From positions 32,001 through 96,000 of the forward strand of contig CAVVLJ010000017.1 in the NCBI GenBank assembly GCA_963749075.1: a stretch of 64,000 nucleotides of DNA, given 5' to 3'. Under the pieces are notes generated by a model, which saw nothing but the letters and a program-made list of their open reading frames with translations, was not told the origin of the DNA and searched no databases. The DNA comes from an uncultured Pseudomonadota bacterium. GTDB lineage: Bacteria; Pseudomonadota; Alphaproteobacteria; JACZXZ01. This document shows, piece after piece, positions 27,896 to 36,894 of the stretch (its first letter is position 1; each line of letters starts with the position of its first letter). The translations under genes were made by a program, and so were the position numbers.

Positions 27896-28714
27896 ATGGC
27901 CGAGCCGCCGTCTCCCAAGGCGCGCCGCTTCCGCTCGGCGGCACCCTACTATCTCCGGGGCCGGCCGACCTATTCGCCGCTCCTCATCCGCCATGTGGCG
28001 CGCATCTGTGGCTTGAGCAAGACGCAGAGGCTCCTCGATCTCGGCTGCGGGCCGGGCCAGCTTGCCATAGCCCTGGCGCCCTATGTCGGCGAGGTGGTGG
28101 CCGTCGATCCCGAGCCGGCCATGCTGCGCCTGGCCGCGGAGCACGCGGCCCAGAAGGGGGTCGTCATCCGCTTCATCGAGGGCAGCTCCGCCGACCTCGG
28201 CCCGGCGCTCGGCAGCTTTCGCATGGTGGCCATCGGGCGGGCGTTTCACTGGATGAAGCGCGCGGCGACGCTCGCAAGGCTCAACCGGCAGGTCACGGCC
28301 GGCGGTGCCGTGGTCCTCTTCCGCGACCGCCATCCGCATGTGCCGGACAACGCCTGGGAAGGGCCCTACAAGGCCCTCCTTGCCCGCTATGCCGGGGAAG
28401 ACGCCGGACGCGCGCCGCACCGCTCGCCGGACTGGCTCACCAACGAAGCCGTGCTGCTCGCCTCGCCCTTCAGCGATCTCGAGCGCATCTCCGTGATCGA
28501 GCGGCAGAGCACGCCGCCCGAAACCTTCGTCGATCGCGCCTTCTCCATGTCGAGCACGTCACCCGCCCGTCTCGGCGCCAGGTGCGAGGAGCTGGCGGAG
28601 CAAGTGAGGCGCCTCATGGCCTCCCACGCGAGCGAAGGCAAGGTGAGCGAGGTCGTGGAGACGGAAGCCCTGATCGCCCGCCGTCCGGCAGCGGCGGGCC
28701 GGCAGCCGGCCTGA
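27896..28714 (+). CDS. Class I SAM-dependent methyltransferase
   Basis: YLRGRPTY, LLDLGCGPG, VDPEPAML, GRAFHWM. Confidence 0.88.
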   Translation: MAEPPSPKARRFRSAAPYYLRGRPTYSPLLIRHVARICGLSKTQRLLDLGCGPGQLAIALAPYVGEVVAVDPEPAMLRLAAEHAAQKGVVIRFIEGSSADLGPALGSFRMVAIGRAFHWMKRAATLARLNRQVTAGGAVVLFRDRHPHVPDNAWEGPYKALLARYAGEDAGRAPHRSPDWLTNEAVLLASPFSDLERISVIERQSTPPETFVDRAFSMSSTSPARLGARCEELAEQVRRLMASHASEGKVSEVVETEALIARRPAAAGRQPA

Positions 28715-28754
28715 CGCGGATAGCGCCCGGCGCCGGCCGCCCAGCGGCCGCCCG

Positions 28755-29141
28755 CTATACGAGCTGCAGGAAGATCAGCACCATGCCGGCCACGGAGACC
28801 GCCCACACGCCGGTACGCACCCAGGGGATGCCGATCAGGTAGACCGGCACATAGACGAGGCGGGCCCAGAAGAACAGCTGAGCGCCCAGCACCGTCGTGG
28901 CATTGGCCTTGCCCGCGACGTGGGCCACCAGCACCAGGGCGGCAAACAGCGCGAAGTTCTCCAGCATGTTGCGGTGCGCGCGCTGGGCGCGGCCCACCCA
29001 GCCCTCGGGCGCCGGCAGGCCCTCGCGGTTGCCCGCGGCCGCCGGCAGGCCCACCTGCAGCATGGCACCCTGCGCGGCGATCATCGCTTGGATCAGCGTC
29101 AAGGCCGTCGACCAGACGAGCAGCTCGAGATCAGGCGACAT
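28755..29141 (-). CDS. MAPEG family membrane protein
   Basis: RAQRAHRNMLEN, FFWARLVY, GIPWVRT. Confidence 0.88.
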   Translation of the reverse strand: MSPDLELLVWSTALTLIQAMIAAQGAMLQVGLPAAAGNREGLPAPEGWVGRAQRAHRNMLENFALFAALVLVAHVAGKANATTVLGAQLFFWARLVYVPVYLIGIPWVRTGVWAVSVAGMVLIFLQLV

Positions 29142-29166
29142 GGCTTCCTCCCTCCGTTGATGACGT

Positions 29167-29628
29167 TCAATCCCGCGTCAGCGCCTCGGCCTCGTCCGCC
29201 AGCCGGCGGGCGAGCTCGGCCGAGAGCCGCTTCGCCAACTTGGCGTTGGCACCGCGCCAGATCGGAAGTGCCGCCTCCAGCCGGCGTGCGCCGGTCTCGG
29301 TAAGCCACACCATGCGGCGGCGCAGATCGGCCTCGACCATGGCGATCTCGATCAGCCCCTCGCCCTCGAGCGTGCGCAGATTGCGCGACAGCGTCGACTG
29401 ATCCATGCCGGTGCGCTGGGCCAAGGCACCGAGCGTGTCGTCCGAAATCACCGCGATCTGCGCCATCAGGCCGAGCTGCGCCACGCTCAGGCCGAGGCCC
29501 TGCATCTCGCGGTCGAGGAACTGGGTGATGCGCCGCGCGGCCAGCCGGCTGTTCCAGCCGGCGCAGGCCTCGACCGCGGCGCGGGCGTCCGTGCGAAGCG
29601 TCTTTCGCGGTTGCAAGCCGGCCTTCAT
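29167..29628 (-). CDS. MarR-family transcriptional regulator
   Basis: RLAARRITQFLD, MDQSTLSRNLRTLE..GLI, DLRRRMVWLTETG. Confidence 0.88.
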   Translation of the reverse strand: MKAGLQPRKTLRTDARAAVEACAGWNSRLAARRITQFLDREMQGLGLSVAQLGLMAQIAVISDDTLGALAQRTGMDQSTLSRNLRTLEGEGLIEIAMVEADLRRRMVWLTETGARRLEAALPIWRGANAKLAKRLSAELARRLADEAEALTRD

Positions 29629-29634
29629 GGGTAT

Positions 29635-29661
29635 ATGTATATGCACAATTTGCAGATACAT
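29635..29661. promoter_or_regulatory. Putative MarR operator between the divergent marR and paaI-like genes
   Basis: AT-rich IR ATGTATATGCA-caatt-TGCAGATACAT (one mismatch) filling the short intergenic gap. Confidence 0.65.
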
Positions 29662-29675
29662 GGAAGGACTATCTC

Positions 29676-30161
29676 ATGGACCGCGCGACCGGCCTCGAAT
29701 ACGGCGTGCCGACCCCGGCGCAAACCGCCGGCAAGAGCGGCCGGGAAATCCTTCAGGCCATCATCGACGGCAGGCTGCCGCGGCCGCCGATCTCGGAGAT
29801 TCTGTCCTTCCAGATCGTCGAAGTCGGCGACGGCTTCGCCGTCTTCTCGGGCGATCCGGGGCCGCACCTCCTCAATCCGATGGGCGGCGTGCACGGCGGC
29901 TGGGCGCTCACCCTGATCGACAGCGCCGGCGGCTGCGCCGCGCATTCCCTGCTGCCGGCCGGCTCCGGCTACGCGACGATCGAGACCAAGGCCAACTTCT
30001 CGCGGCCCATCGCCGCGGATGCCGGCCGCGTCCGCGCCGAGGGGCGCGTCGTCGCCCAGGGCCGCCAGATCATCTCGACCGAGGCCAAGGTGCTGAGTGC
30101 TGCCGGCAAGGTGTTGGCGCACGGCACCTCGACTATCCTGGTGCTGGGCGGCGCCAGGTGA
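29676..30161 (+). CDS. PaaI-family thioesterase
   Basis: NPMGGVHGG..LIDSAGGCA, ETKANFSRP, LAHGTST. Confidence 0.9.
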   Translation: MDRATGLEYGVPTPAQTAGKSGREILQAIIDGRLPRPPISEILSFQIVEVGDGFAVFSGDPGPHLLNPMGGVHGGWALTLIDSAGGCAAHSLLPAGSGYATIETKANFSRPIAADAGRVRAEGRVVAQGRQIISTEAKVLSAAGKVLAHGTSTILVLGGAR

Positions 30162-30285
30162 GCCGGCCTGCGCGCGAGCGCGTTCGGCTCAGGATTGCCC
30201 CGACGGCAGAGCCCAGGCAGAATGACGGCGCAACCGGCGGCTGACGGGGACTGCCGGCCGAGCCCAGCAATAGGGGGATGATGCC

Positions 30286-30705
30286 ATGAGATTTTCGCGG
30301 AGATTGTCGGGCGCCTTGCTTTTCGCTGCCGCGCTCTTGGCGGCGGTGCCGGTCTTTGCTGCGGGGGCGGCTCCGCCCGCCGTTCCGGCCGGCCCTCTTC
30401 CGGTGCAATATAATTTGCCCGACCTGACCGGCGTCTGGCGCGGCAACGACGGCGGCACCTACTATATCCGCATGATCGGCACCGAAGTGTCCTGGCTCGG
30501 CGAGCGCGCGCCGGTGAACTCGCCCTGGGTCAATATCGCCCATGGCAGGGTGGAAGGCGACGGCGCCATCCATCTCCGCTGGGTCGATGTGCCCAAGGGC
30601 GGCACCAGCAGTGCCGGCGCCCTCGTCCTGCAGATCGTCTCGCCCGGCCAGCTCCGCGCCATCTCGAAATCCGGCGGGTACGCAGGGTCGGTCTGGACGC
30701 GATGA
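30286..30705 (+). CDS. Small secreted beta-rich hypothetical protein
   Basis: Signal peptide, then DLTGVWRGNDGGTYYIR...WVDVPKG...GSVWTR. Confidence 0.7.
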   Translation: MRFSRRLSGALLFAAALLAAVPVFAAGAAPPAVPAGPLPVQYNLPDLTGVWRGNDGGTYYIRMIGTEVSWLGERAPVNSPWVNIAHGRVEGDGAIHLRWVDVPKGGTSSAGALVLQIVSPGQLRAISKSGGYAGSVWTR

Positions 30706-30754
30706 TCCTGACGCCGTAGGGGCGCGCGGCTGGCGGGGGTCAACGTGGCGGCAT

Positions 30755-30913
30755 GACAACGCCGCGCCATCGGCAAGCGACGCGTGGGGACGTCAGTGGC
30801 GGCTGGACGCGACCATCGGGCGACACGGAAGTAGAGCGGTAATAGGAACGATCCGGATTGTGCGAGCCGGCGATAACACGCCGCGGTTTGTCAGCTGCTG
30901 GGCGCTGCGATGA
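30755..30913 (+). pseudogene. C-terminal remnant of a DUF6883-like protein
   Basis: WGRQWRLDATI.RHGSRAVIGTIRIV..GDNTPRFVSCW; ATGA overlap with the DUF4926 gene; no plausible N-terminus. Confidence 0.55.
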
Positions 30914-31146
30914 AAGTAGAGAAACGGACAAAGAGCGAATGGCCATCCCTCTTGGACGTGGTCGCACTGCTGACCGACCGTCCCGCGGAGGGACTTGCAC
31001 GCGGGCAGGTGGGCACGATCGTGGAGCGGCTTGACGACAATGCTCTGCTCGTAGAGTTCAGCGACGACCAAGGCCGCGCCTACGCGATCGCACCCTGCCC
31101 GCAGACGGAACTGCTCGTCCTGCACTACGTCCCCGAGGCGGCCTGA
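30910..31146 (+). CDS. DUF4926 domain protein
   Basis: LLDVVALLTDRPAEGLARGQVGTIVE, LVEFSDDQGRAYA. Confidence 0.85.
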   Translation: MKVEKRTKSEWPSLLDVVALLTDRPAEGLARGQVGTIVERLDDNALLVEFSDDQGRAYAIAPCPQTELLVLHYVPEAA

Positions 31147-31200
31147 TCGACGTCGAACGACTGCATGGAAGGGGGCCGAGTGCGGCCCCACGGCATCCAG

Positions 31201-31245
31201 TGGCGCGCCCTGGTGGATTCGAACCAGCGACCCACAGCTTAGAAG
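31201..31245 (-). repeat. attR-like duplication of the tRNA-Arg 3' end
   Basis: TGGCGCGCCCTGGTGGATTCGAACCAGCGACCCACAGCTTAGAAG matches 34607-34651 at 44/45 nt. Confidence 0.95.
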
Positions 31246-31272
31246 TTTTAACCTGCCTGCTCGGCCAAGCCC

Positions 31273-31530
31273 TTGGCCCGATTGCTCGCGGAAGCCACGG
31301 CGGTCCAGGCCGACCTGATCCGGCTCCGCGTCGCGCTGCGCTACATGCTGCACGACCTTAGACAGACCGGCCCCGAGACGGACGCCGTCAAGAACTTCAT
31401 ACGGCAGACCGGGCTCCCCGGCACGTGGGGCTCCGTCTCGTTCCAGGATTGGAGCGAGCACCCGGCCGCCGACCCGTGGAAGCGCGCCCGCGAGGAGCTC
31501 ACGCGTGCTGCCGACGCGCCGCTGCCCGCC
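31273..31530 (+). pseudogene. Fragment of a phage-type hypothetical protein
   Basis: Starts right after att with no SD/ATG; coding-like up to ...DPWKRAREELTRAADAPLP. Confidence 0.4.
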
Positions 31531-31770
31531 CGAGATGGGGCGCGCGCCTCACGCGCGCCCCGTCCCCGCGCTCTGCGGCGCGGGGAGCGACCAGCCGGAG
31601 GTGTCGCGAACAACGCCGGCCGGCCGCCGCCGCCAAATCCTGTCCAGCTCCGGCGGCGGCGGGGCGTTTAGCGAGGAGCGATGATGCCGCGGTTCGACGA
31701 GCGCGCCGCCGCCAGCTGCGTCTACTCTAAGCTAATTATCCTTTCTTGAATGATTTCAGGTTGACGTACC

Positions 31771-32252
31771 ATGGTACAAGCCGACGACACATTCGAGCCC
31801 GAGGTTTTTGCACGCGGACCCTACGGGTTCAAACAGCTTGACACCTATTCCGATGCAGGGCGCATACTTGATGTCCTTCAACGGCCATTTGACATCATGC
31901 GCTTTCGCCTCGTTTACGATGGGGAATTGAAGGCAGCTGGGAAGAACCCTCGAGGCCCCGAGAAATGGGCGCTTCGAAAGCGCTTCCGGCCGCAGCTTGC
32001 CAGCTTGGCCGTAACGCATCCAGTGATGCGGGGTGTTGCACTAACGACGCAGCACATCAGCGGCGGAACATTCGCTGAGGCTGTCGCTCCGGTCACGGTG
32101 GACGTTCATGTAAGCAGCCCACATGCCGGGACGCAAAATGCTTTGCTCGAATGGGTTGATGTCGGCGGTCATTCGTTCATCCCTTTGGTCCGCAAATCCC
32201 TCGCCCTAGTCTGCGAGCTCGATATCCTCTTTCTTCGAAATGACGCGCCTGG
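31771..32252 (+). pseudogene. Hypothetical protein truncated at a deletion junction
   Basis: MRFRLVYDGELK...FRPQL...FIPLVRKSLALVCELDILFLRNDAPG, after which the sequence switches to another gene's frame. Confidence 0.55.
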
Positions 32253-32522
32253 CTCACACGAGCCGCGGAGCAGAGCGGGAACTCCGAGACCGAACTGCAT
32301 GAGTACCTCCTCGACCAGTGCGCGCCGCACATCGTCGCCACCATCAAGACCCCGAGCGGCCCCGTCGAGACGACGCAGATGAAGCGCACGCACGGCGGCG
32401 ACAAGAACACGATGACAAAGGACGAGATGAGCGAGTACATGGACCGAGCAGCCGAATTGACCGGGTATCCCCTGCCGACGGAGGAGGAGTTACAAGCTAT
32501 GGGGTACGTCTTAAATCATTAG
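32244..32522 (+). pseudogene. C-terminal fragment of a NinB-like phage protein
   Basis: Start-less frame after TGA at 32241: WLTRAAEQSGNSETELHEYLLDQC...TMTKDEMSEYMDRAAELTGYPLP; not in the supplied ORF track. Confidence 0.5.
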
Positions 32523-32525
32523 CGT

Positions 32526-32852
32526 ATGAGAGAAATAAAGTTCAGCGCGTGGATGAACGGCAAGATGTATCAGCCTGCCGTAGAGTTCGCACCGCATTTC
32601 ACTCTTACGGATGAAGTTATCGAAATGACGCGCCTAGCGGAGAAGCAAGGTTGGGCGCTCATGCAATTCACCGGCCTCAAGGACAAGAACGGAAAGGAGA
32701 TTTACGAAGGCCATATTTTGGGTGGCGATTACGTCGTGTTTGAACGAGGCCAGTTCCGTTTCTCCAAAGGTAACCCTGCTTTCCTAGAGAAAGTGTGTGA
32801 TGTTGTGGAAGTCGTCGGCAACATCTACGAGAACCGCGACCTCCTCACCTAG
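32526..32852 (+). CDS. YopX-family phage protein
   Basis: MREIKFSAW, LMQFTGLKDKNGKEIYEGHIL, EVVGNIYENRDLL. Confidence 0.9.
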   Translation: MREIKFSAWMNGKMYQPAVEFAPHFTLTDEVIEMTRLAEKQGWALMQFTGLKDKNGKEIYEGHILGGDYVVFERGQFRFSKGNPAFLEKVCDVVEVVGNIYENRDLLT

Positions 32853-32855
32853 CGT

Positions 32856-33143
32856 ATGCGCTCCCTCAAATCCCTCGTCGCCAACCACCCCGCCCCCCGC
32901 AAGCCGAAGCGCCAGACCGAGCGCGGCGACCTCCTCGACACGATGCTCGCGCGCCTCAACCCCTCGCGCATCAAGGCAGGCTACAAGCCGCTCACGCATG
33001 GGCGGCTCGCGTTCCTGCTTACCAAGGTGCCGACGCCTGATCTCTATGCGCTCGTCAGCCGTTGCAACCACGCGGAGAAGCGGGGCTATCCCTGGAGCGC
33101 GATTTTCTGGAAGGAGATACGGCCGGCCAAAACCGACATATGA
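32856..33143 (+). CDS. Phage hypothetical protein
   Basis: Tightly packed after YopX; ATGA overlap with the next gene. Confidence 0.65.
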   Translation: MRSLKSLVANHPAPRKPKRQTERGDLLDTMLARLNPSRIKAGYKPLTHGRLAFLLTKVPTPDLYALVSRCNHAEKRGYPWSAIFWKEIRPAKTDI

Positions 33144-33403
33144 AACTCACCCAGGACGACATCATTGTCCTTTACCTTCGCGACCGCAGCGGCTGGCTCC
33201 CCACGCATGATTTAATGATGACCCAAACGCCCTACGGCTACATCGGGAGCGCGGGGCACGTCCGCGCCCGCGAACTCGCCCGCAACGAGTGCCCCGACAA
33301 GCTCAAGAACATGGTGGAGCGGGCGGAGGGGCGGGATATCGGGCTTGATCCGCGGTACGCGTATTTTCGGTACAAGGAACCGGAGCAGCTCACGCTCGTG
33401 TAA
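33140..33403 (+). CDS. Phage hypothetical protein (possible wHTH)
   Basis: MKLTQDDIIVLYLRD...IGSAGHVRARELAR...YAYFRYKEPEQLTLV. Confidence 0.6.
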   Translation: MKLTQDDIIVLYLRDRSGWLPTHDLMMTQTPYGYIGSAGHVRARELARNECPDKLKNMVERAEGRDIGLDPRYAYFRYKEPEQLTLV

Positions 33404-33412
33404 AAATCTCGA

Positions 33413-34126
33413 CTATTTTTTTCGTTTCCACTCTTTCACAGCGTTCTTCACCTCCCAAGAGTTAAGCCAAGACAGAACCTCCTCTTCGTTACGACAATGC
33501 CGCCGGGCATACCCTGGCAATTCGAGGACAAGCGCACCGCCTTCAAGTTTAATAATGCATCCCGCTGCAACGCTCTCATCAAGGCGGTTCCGTATTTCGT
33601 CAGAAACGAAGTCCGAGTAGCTCGTTATTGGGTCTGGTTCGGGTCGCACCTCTCTAGGCTCCCGAGTTCTCTTCGCTTCTTCTCCCTGTCCAATGGGGCT
33701 GCGAGGTTCTGGGCGCACACCGCTCGGCTCGTTTTCAGGTGCCCGGGGCTGCGGCTGACGTGTCGTGTTTGGGCTTCGAGCGCCGAGATCAAGGACATCC
33801 CGTTGCGCGGACGGACCACCGAGAGATGGCGGAAAGGTTCTAGGCGATGATGCGGCAAGGGATCTAGCCGTTTCTGCGGTGTTCGCTTCGATGTCTATAA
33901 AAATCCGAAACGCCTCGCCAATCGCAACTGTCACGAGCCCAGCCACCGCGACGCCGAAAGACGAAGCAATCTTGATGACGCCGCTCATCGCCGCCAAGCC
34001 GTTATTCATTATTTGGGCTAGATCAATCGCCCCCCACAGAAAACTGAGGACCGCGACAGCAACGGCGATCCAACCTATAACCACCAAGATTCTGCTGACG
34101 GCGCGAAGAACCGGATACTTTCTCAC
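33413..34126 (-). CDS. Membrane protein (two N-terminal TM helices), island cargo
   Basis: KYPVLRAVSRIL...TM...TM..GEAFRIFIDIEANT, Pro-rich linker, small C-terminal domain. Confidence 0.65.
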   Translation of the reverse strand: MRKYPVLRAVSRILVVIGWIAVAVAVLSFLWGAIDLAQIMNNGLAAMSGVIKIASSFGVAVAGLVTVAIGEAFRIFIDIEANTAETARSLAASSPRTFPPSLGGPSAQRDVLDLGARSPNTTRQPQPRAPENEPSGVRPEPRSPIGQGEEAKRTREPREVRPEPDPITSYSDFVSDEIRNRLDESVAAGCIIKLEGGALVLELPGYARRHCRNEEEVLSWLNSWEVKNAVKEWKRKK

Positions 34127-34195
34127 TGGTGCCCCCTACCATGCGAGAAAACATCACCTGATTGTAGACACACCCACGATCACCACCAGCGAAGA

Positions 34196-34227
34196 TTGAC
34201 GCTTTGCATCGTGTTCTCTATATGTTC
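34196..34227 (+). promoter_or_regulatory. Promoter with LexA box
   Basis: TTGACG(34196)-17bp-TATATG(34219); GTTC-tctatat-GTTC at 34213-34227 overlaps the -10 element. Confidence 0.8.
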
Positions 34228-34230
34228 TCA

Positions 34231-34557
34231 ATGACCGAGGACGACCCCCGCACCGCCTCCCTCCTCGCCGAGCTCCGCCAAGTGTGCGCCAAGCTCCGGG
34301 ACGCATTCTCTTCATCCTCGGGCCGGCTCACTTACCTCTGTGACGCTATAGCCCGTCCTGACCTTGGCGAGCTTCGGGAAGGGCTTCCGTTTCGGGTGGA
34401 GCAGTGGAATACCAACGACCTTCTCCAGGTCGTAGCGGCCTGTGCGAACCTTCTCGTCGCTGTTGGTGCCTTCGAGGCGGCCGTCCACGAGTACCCATCG
34501 CACCACTGGCTGCTCCGCCACGGCGCGCGCGTCATTCGGGAGCATACCCCGTCGTAG
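34231..34557 (+). CDS. Hypothetical protein, putatively SOS-inducible
   Basis: ATG 3 nt after the LexA box; LPFRVEQW...AFEAAVHEYP...LRHGARVIREH. Confidence 0.65.
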   Translation: MTEDDPRTASLLAELRQVCAKLRDAFSSSSGRLTYLCDAIARPDLGELREGLPFRVEQWNTNDLLQVVAACANLLVAVGAFEAAVHEYPSHHWLLRHGARVIREHTPS

Positions 34558-34606
34558 GGGCGAGACAAATGCAGGACAAATGGGGTTGGGAAAATCGGCT
34601 AAGTGT

Positions 34607-34682
34607 TGGCGCGCCCTGCTGGATTCGAACCAGCGACCCACAGCTTAGAAGGCTGTTGCTCTATCCCCTGAGCTAAGGGCGC
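34607..34682 (-). tRNA. tRNA-Arg (UCU)
   Basis: GCGCCCTTAGCTCAGGGGATAGAGCAACAGCCTTCTAAGCTGTGGGTCGCTGGTTCGAATCCAGCAGGGCGCGCCA; anticodon TCT; encoded CCA. Confidence 0.97.
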
Positions 34683-34724
34683 TTGCCGTTGCGAGGTGCT
34701 GCCGCGGCGGCGCGGCAGGCGGCC

Positions 34725-35021
34725 TCAGGCGATGCGATTATACTTGAAATTGTCGGCGTAGGCCTTGGGGCGGATCTTGTGCACGTGGGGCTCCGCGAGG
34801 GCGTAGGCGTAGCCCTGGCGCATGGCATAGGCTAAGGCCGCCGCCTCGCTCGCGAAGGTGAGACGCACCTGCGTCCGCGTATCGGCCGAGCTCGTCCAGC
34901 CCATGAGCGGATCGTGGGTTCTCGGGCTCTCCCGCTCGAACTCCATCACCCACTCGCGCGTATTGCCCTCGCCCGACTGCATGGCGGTCCTGGCGGGCCG
35001 ATAGATGCGCACGCTCGGCAT
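34725..35021 (-). CDS. ETC complex I accessory subunit (NDUFS4/18-kDa-like)
   Basis: RIYRPARTAMQSG, DPLMGWTSSADT..QVRLTF, YADNF. Confidence 0.9.
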   Translation of the reverse strand: MPSVRIYRPARTAMQSGEGNTREWVMEFERESPRTHDPLMGWTSSADTRTQVRLTFASEAAALAYAMRQGYAYALAEPHVHKIRPKAYADNFKYNRIA

Positions 35022-35099
35022 GACGTCCCCCGTCGCTTGGTGCGGCCAAGCTATAGTGCCGAACAGGCGGGCGGGCAAGAGCCGAGCGGCCGCGGCCCC

Positions 35100-35999
35100 C
35101 TAGCGTGCCCGAGGTGCGCGGTTGACGAGGAAGATGCCGCAGCCGACGAACGCCATGGCGAGCACCAGGCGCGGGGTGATCGGCTCGCCCAAGAGGAGGC
35201 CGCCCGCGAGCATGCCGAAGAGCGGCGTCAAGAAGGTGAAGGCCGCGAGCGACGAGGCGGGATAATGCGCCACCAGCCAGAACCAGGCGACGTAGCTCAC
35301 GAAGGCCACCCACACGACCTGATAGGCGAGGAGAAGGAGGACGGCGGGGCTCGCGTCCGTCACTCCCGCCTCGCCCATGGCGGGCGACAGCGGGAGCAGC
35401 AGCAGCGCCGAGCCGGCGAGCTGATAGATGAGGACCTTGAGCGGGCTCAGGCGGACGAGCCGCGTCGCCTTGATGACGACCGTGGTGACGGCCCAGAGCA
35501 CGGCAGCTACCACCATCATGCCGTCGCCGACGAGCTCGCGGTGCGTCGGCAGGCCGAGGCTCTCCGAGAAGGCGAGCGCCATGCCGGCGAAGGCCGCGAG
35601 CAGGCCCAGGGCCCTCGTGCGGTCGAGCCGCTCGCCCGCCAGGAAGAGATGCGCGCCGAGCGCCACGAAGATCGGCGCCGTATAGAGAAAGATGGCGCCG
35701 CGCGCCGCGGCGGTGAAGACGAGGCCCCAATAGATGAAGACGAACTCGGCGCCGAACAGCGTGGCGATGAGCATGCCGAGCCAGAGCGAGCCGTCGCGCT
35801 CGAAGAGCCTGACCCCGCGCCAAGCCGCCCAGCCCCATACCAGGAGCGCCGCCGCGGCCGAGCGCAAGCCCGCCTGCAGCACCGGCGAGATCCCCGCGTC
35901 CGCCACCTTGATCGCGACCTGCTGCAGGCCCCAGGACACGCAGCACATGACCACGAGGCCCGCGGCGAGAAGATCGAGATGGCTCTTGCGGCTGTTCAT
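35100..35999 (-). CDS. DMT/EamA family transporter
   Basis: About ten TM segments, WGLQQVAIK, FLYTAP, FTFLTPLFG. Confidence 0.9.
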   Translation of the reverse strand: MNSRKSHLDLLAAGLVVMCCVSWGLQQVAIKVADAGISPVLQAGLRSAAAALLVWGWAAWRGVRLFERDGSLWLGMLIATLFGAEFVFIYWGLVFTAAARGAIFLYTAPIFVALGAHLFLAGERLDRTRALGLLAAFAGMALAFSESLGLPTHRELVGDGMMVVAAVLWAVTTVVIKATRLVRLSPLKVLIYQLAGSALLLLPLSPAMGEAGVTDASPAVLLLLAYQVVWVAFVSYVAWFWLVAHYPASSLAAFTFLTPLFGMLAGGLLLGEPITPRLVLAMAFVGCGIFLVNRAPRAR

Positions 36000-36132
36000 G
36001 AGAGGAAAATCGCGGGACGCGGGAGAGCGTGACGGCCGCGGGCAAGCGGGCCGTCCCGTCGCCTAGCACAGATCGCGAGGGGATGGAACGCCGCGCGGAG
36101 GGCCGGCCGAGAGTGCAACGCCGATCGGCGGC

Positions 36133-36894
36133 TCAGAGCACCCGCTCGAGGAAATCGCGCGTGCGCTGCTCGCGCGGCGCACGCAGGATGTCGCTCGGCG
36201 GGCCGCGCTCGACGATGACGCCGCCGTCCATGAACACCACCTCGTCGGCGACCTCGCGGGCAAAGCCGATCTCGTGGGTCACGCACAGCATCGTCATGCC
36301 CTCGGCGGCGAGCCCGCGCATCACCGCGAGCACCTCGCCCACGAGCTCCGGGTCGAGGGCCGAGGTCGCCTCGTCGAAGAGCATGACGCGCGGGCCCATG
36401 GCGAGCGCGCGCGCGATGGCGACGCGCTGCTGCTCGCCGCCCGAGAGCTGCCGCGGATAGCGCGCACCCTTCGAGGAAAGCCCCACGCGCTCGAGGAGGG
36501 CGATCGCCGTGGCCTTGGCCGCCGCTCTGGACACCCGCTTGACCAGGATCTGCGGCATGGTCACGTTCTCGAGCACCGTGACGTGCTGGAAGAGGTTGAA
36601 GCGCTGGAATACCATGCCGATCGCGGCGCGCGCGGCGCAGAGCTCGCGCTCCTTGACCTCGTGGAGGCGGTTGCCGACGCGGCGGTAGCCCACGAGCTCG
36701 CCCGCCACCATCACATAGCCCGAGTCCGGTCTCTCGAGATGGTTGATGCAGCGTAGGAACGTCGACTTGCCGGCGCCTGACGGGCCGATCACGCAGACCA
36801 CCTTGCCACCCTCCACGTCGAGATCGATGCCGCGCAGCACCTCGACGCCGCCATAGGACTTGTACAGCGCGCGGACGGCGATCATGGCGCTCAT
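36133..36894 (-). CDS. Polar amino-acid ABC transporter ATPase
   Basis: [50 protein letters not shown]. Confidence 0.93.
   Translation of the reverse strand: MSAMIAVRALYKSYGGVEVLRGIDLDVEGGKVVCVIGPSGAGKSTFLRCINHLERPDSGYVMVAGELVGYRRVGNRLHEVKERELCAARAAIGMVFQRFNLFQHVTVLENVTMPQILVKRVSRAAAKATAIALLERVGLSSKGARYPRQLSGGEQQRVAIARALAMGPRVMLFDEATSALDPELVGEVLAVMRGLAAEGMTMLCVTHEIGFAREVADEVVFMDGGVIVERGPPSDILRAPREQRTRDFLERVL

Larger units (their letters stand above)
31246..34606. mobile_element. Degraded prophage / integrative element at tRNA-Arg(UCU), no integrase
   Basis: Flanked by the 45-bp direct repeat; visibly more AT-rich; phage-type genes (YopX, NinB-like fragment) and truncated ORFs. Confidence 0.85.

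Noticed and set aside
31201-31245. Second tRNA-Arg gene
   Set aside because: Only the 3' half is present; there is no D arm or 5' acceptor strand, so it is an att duplication.
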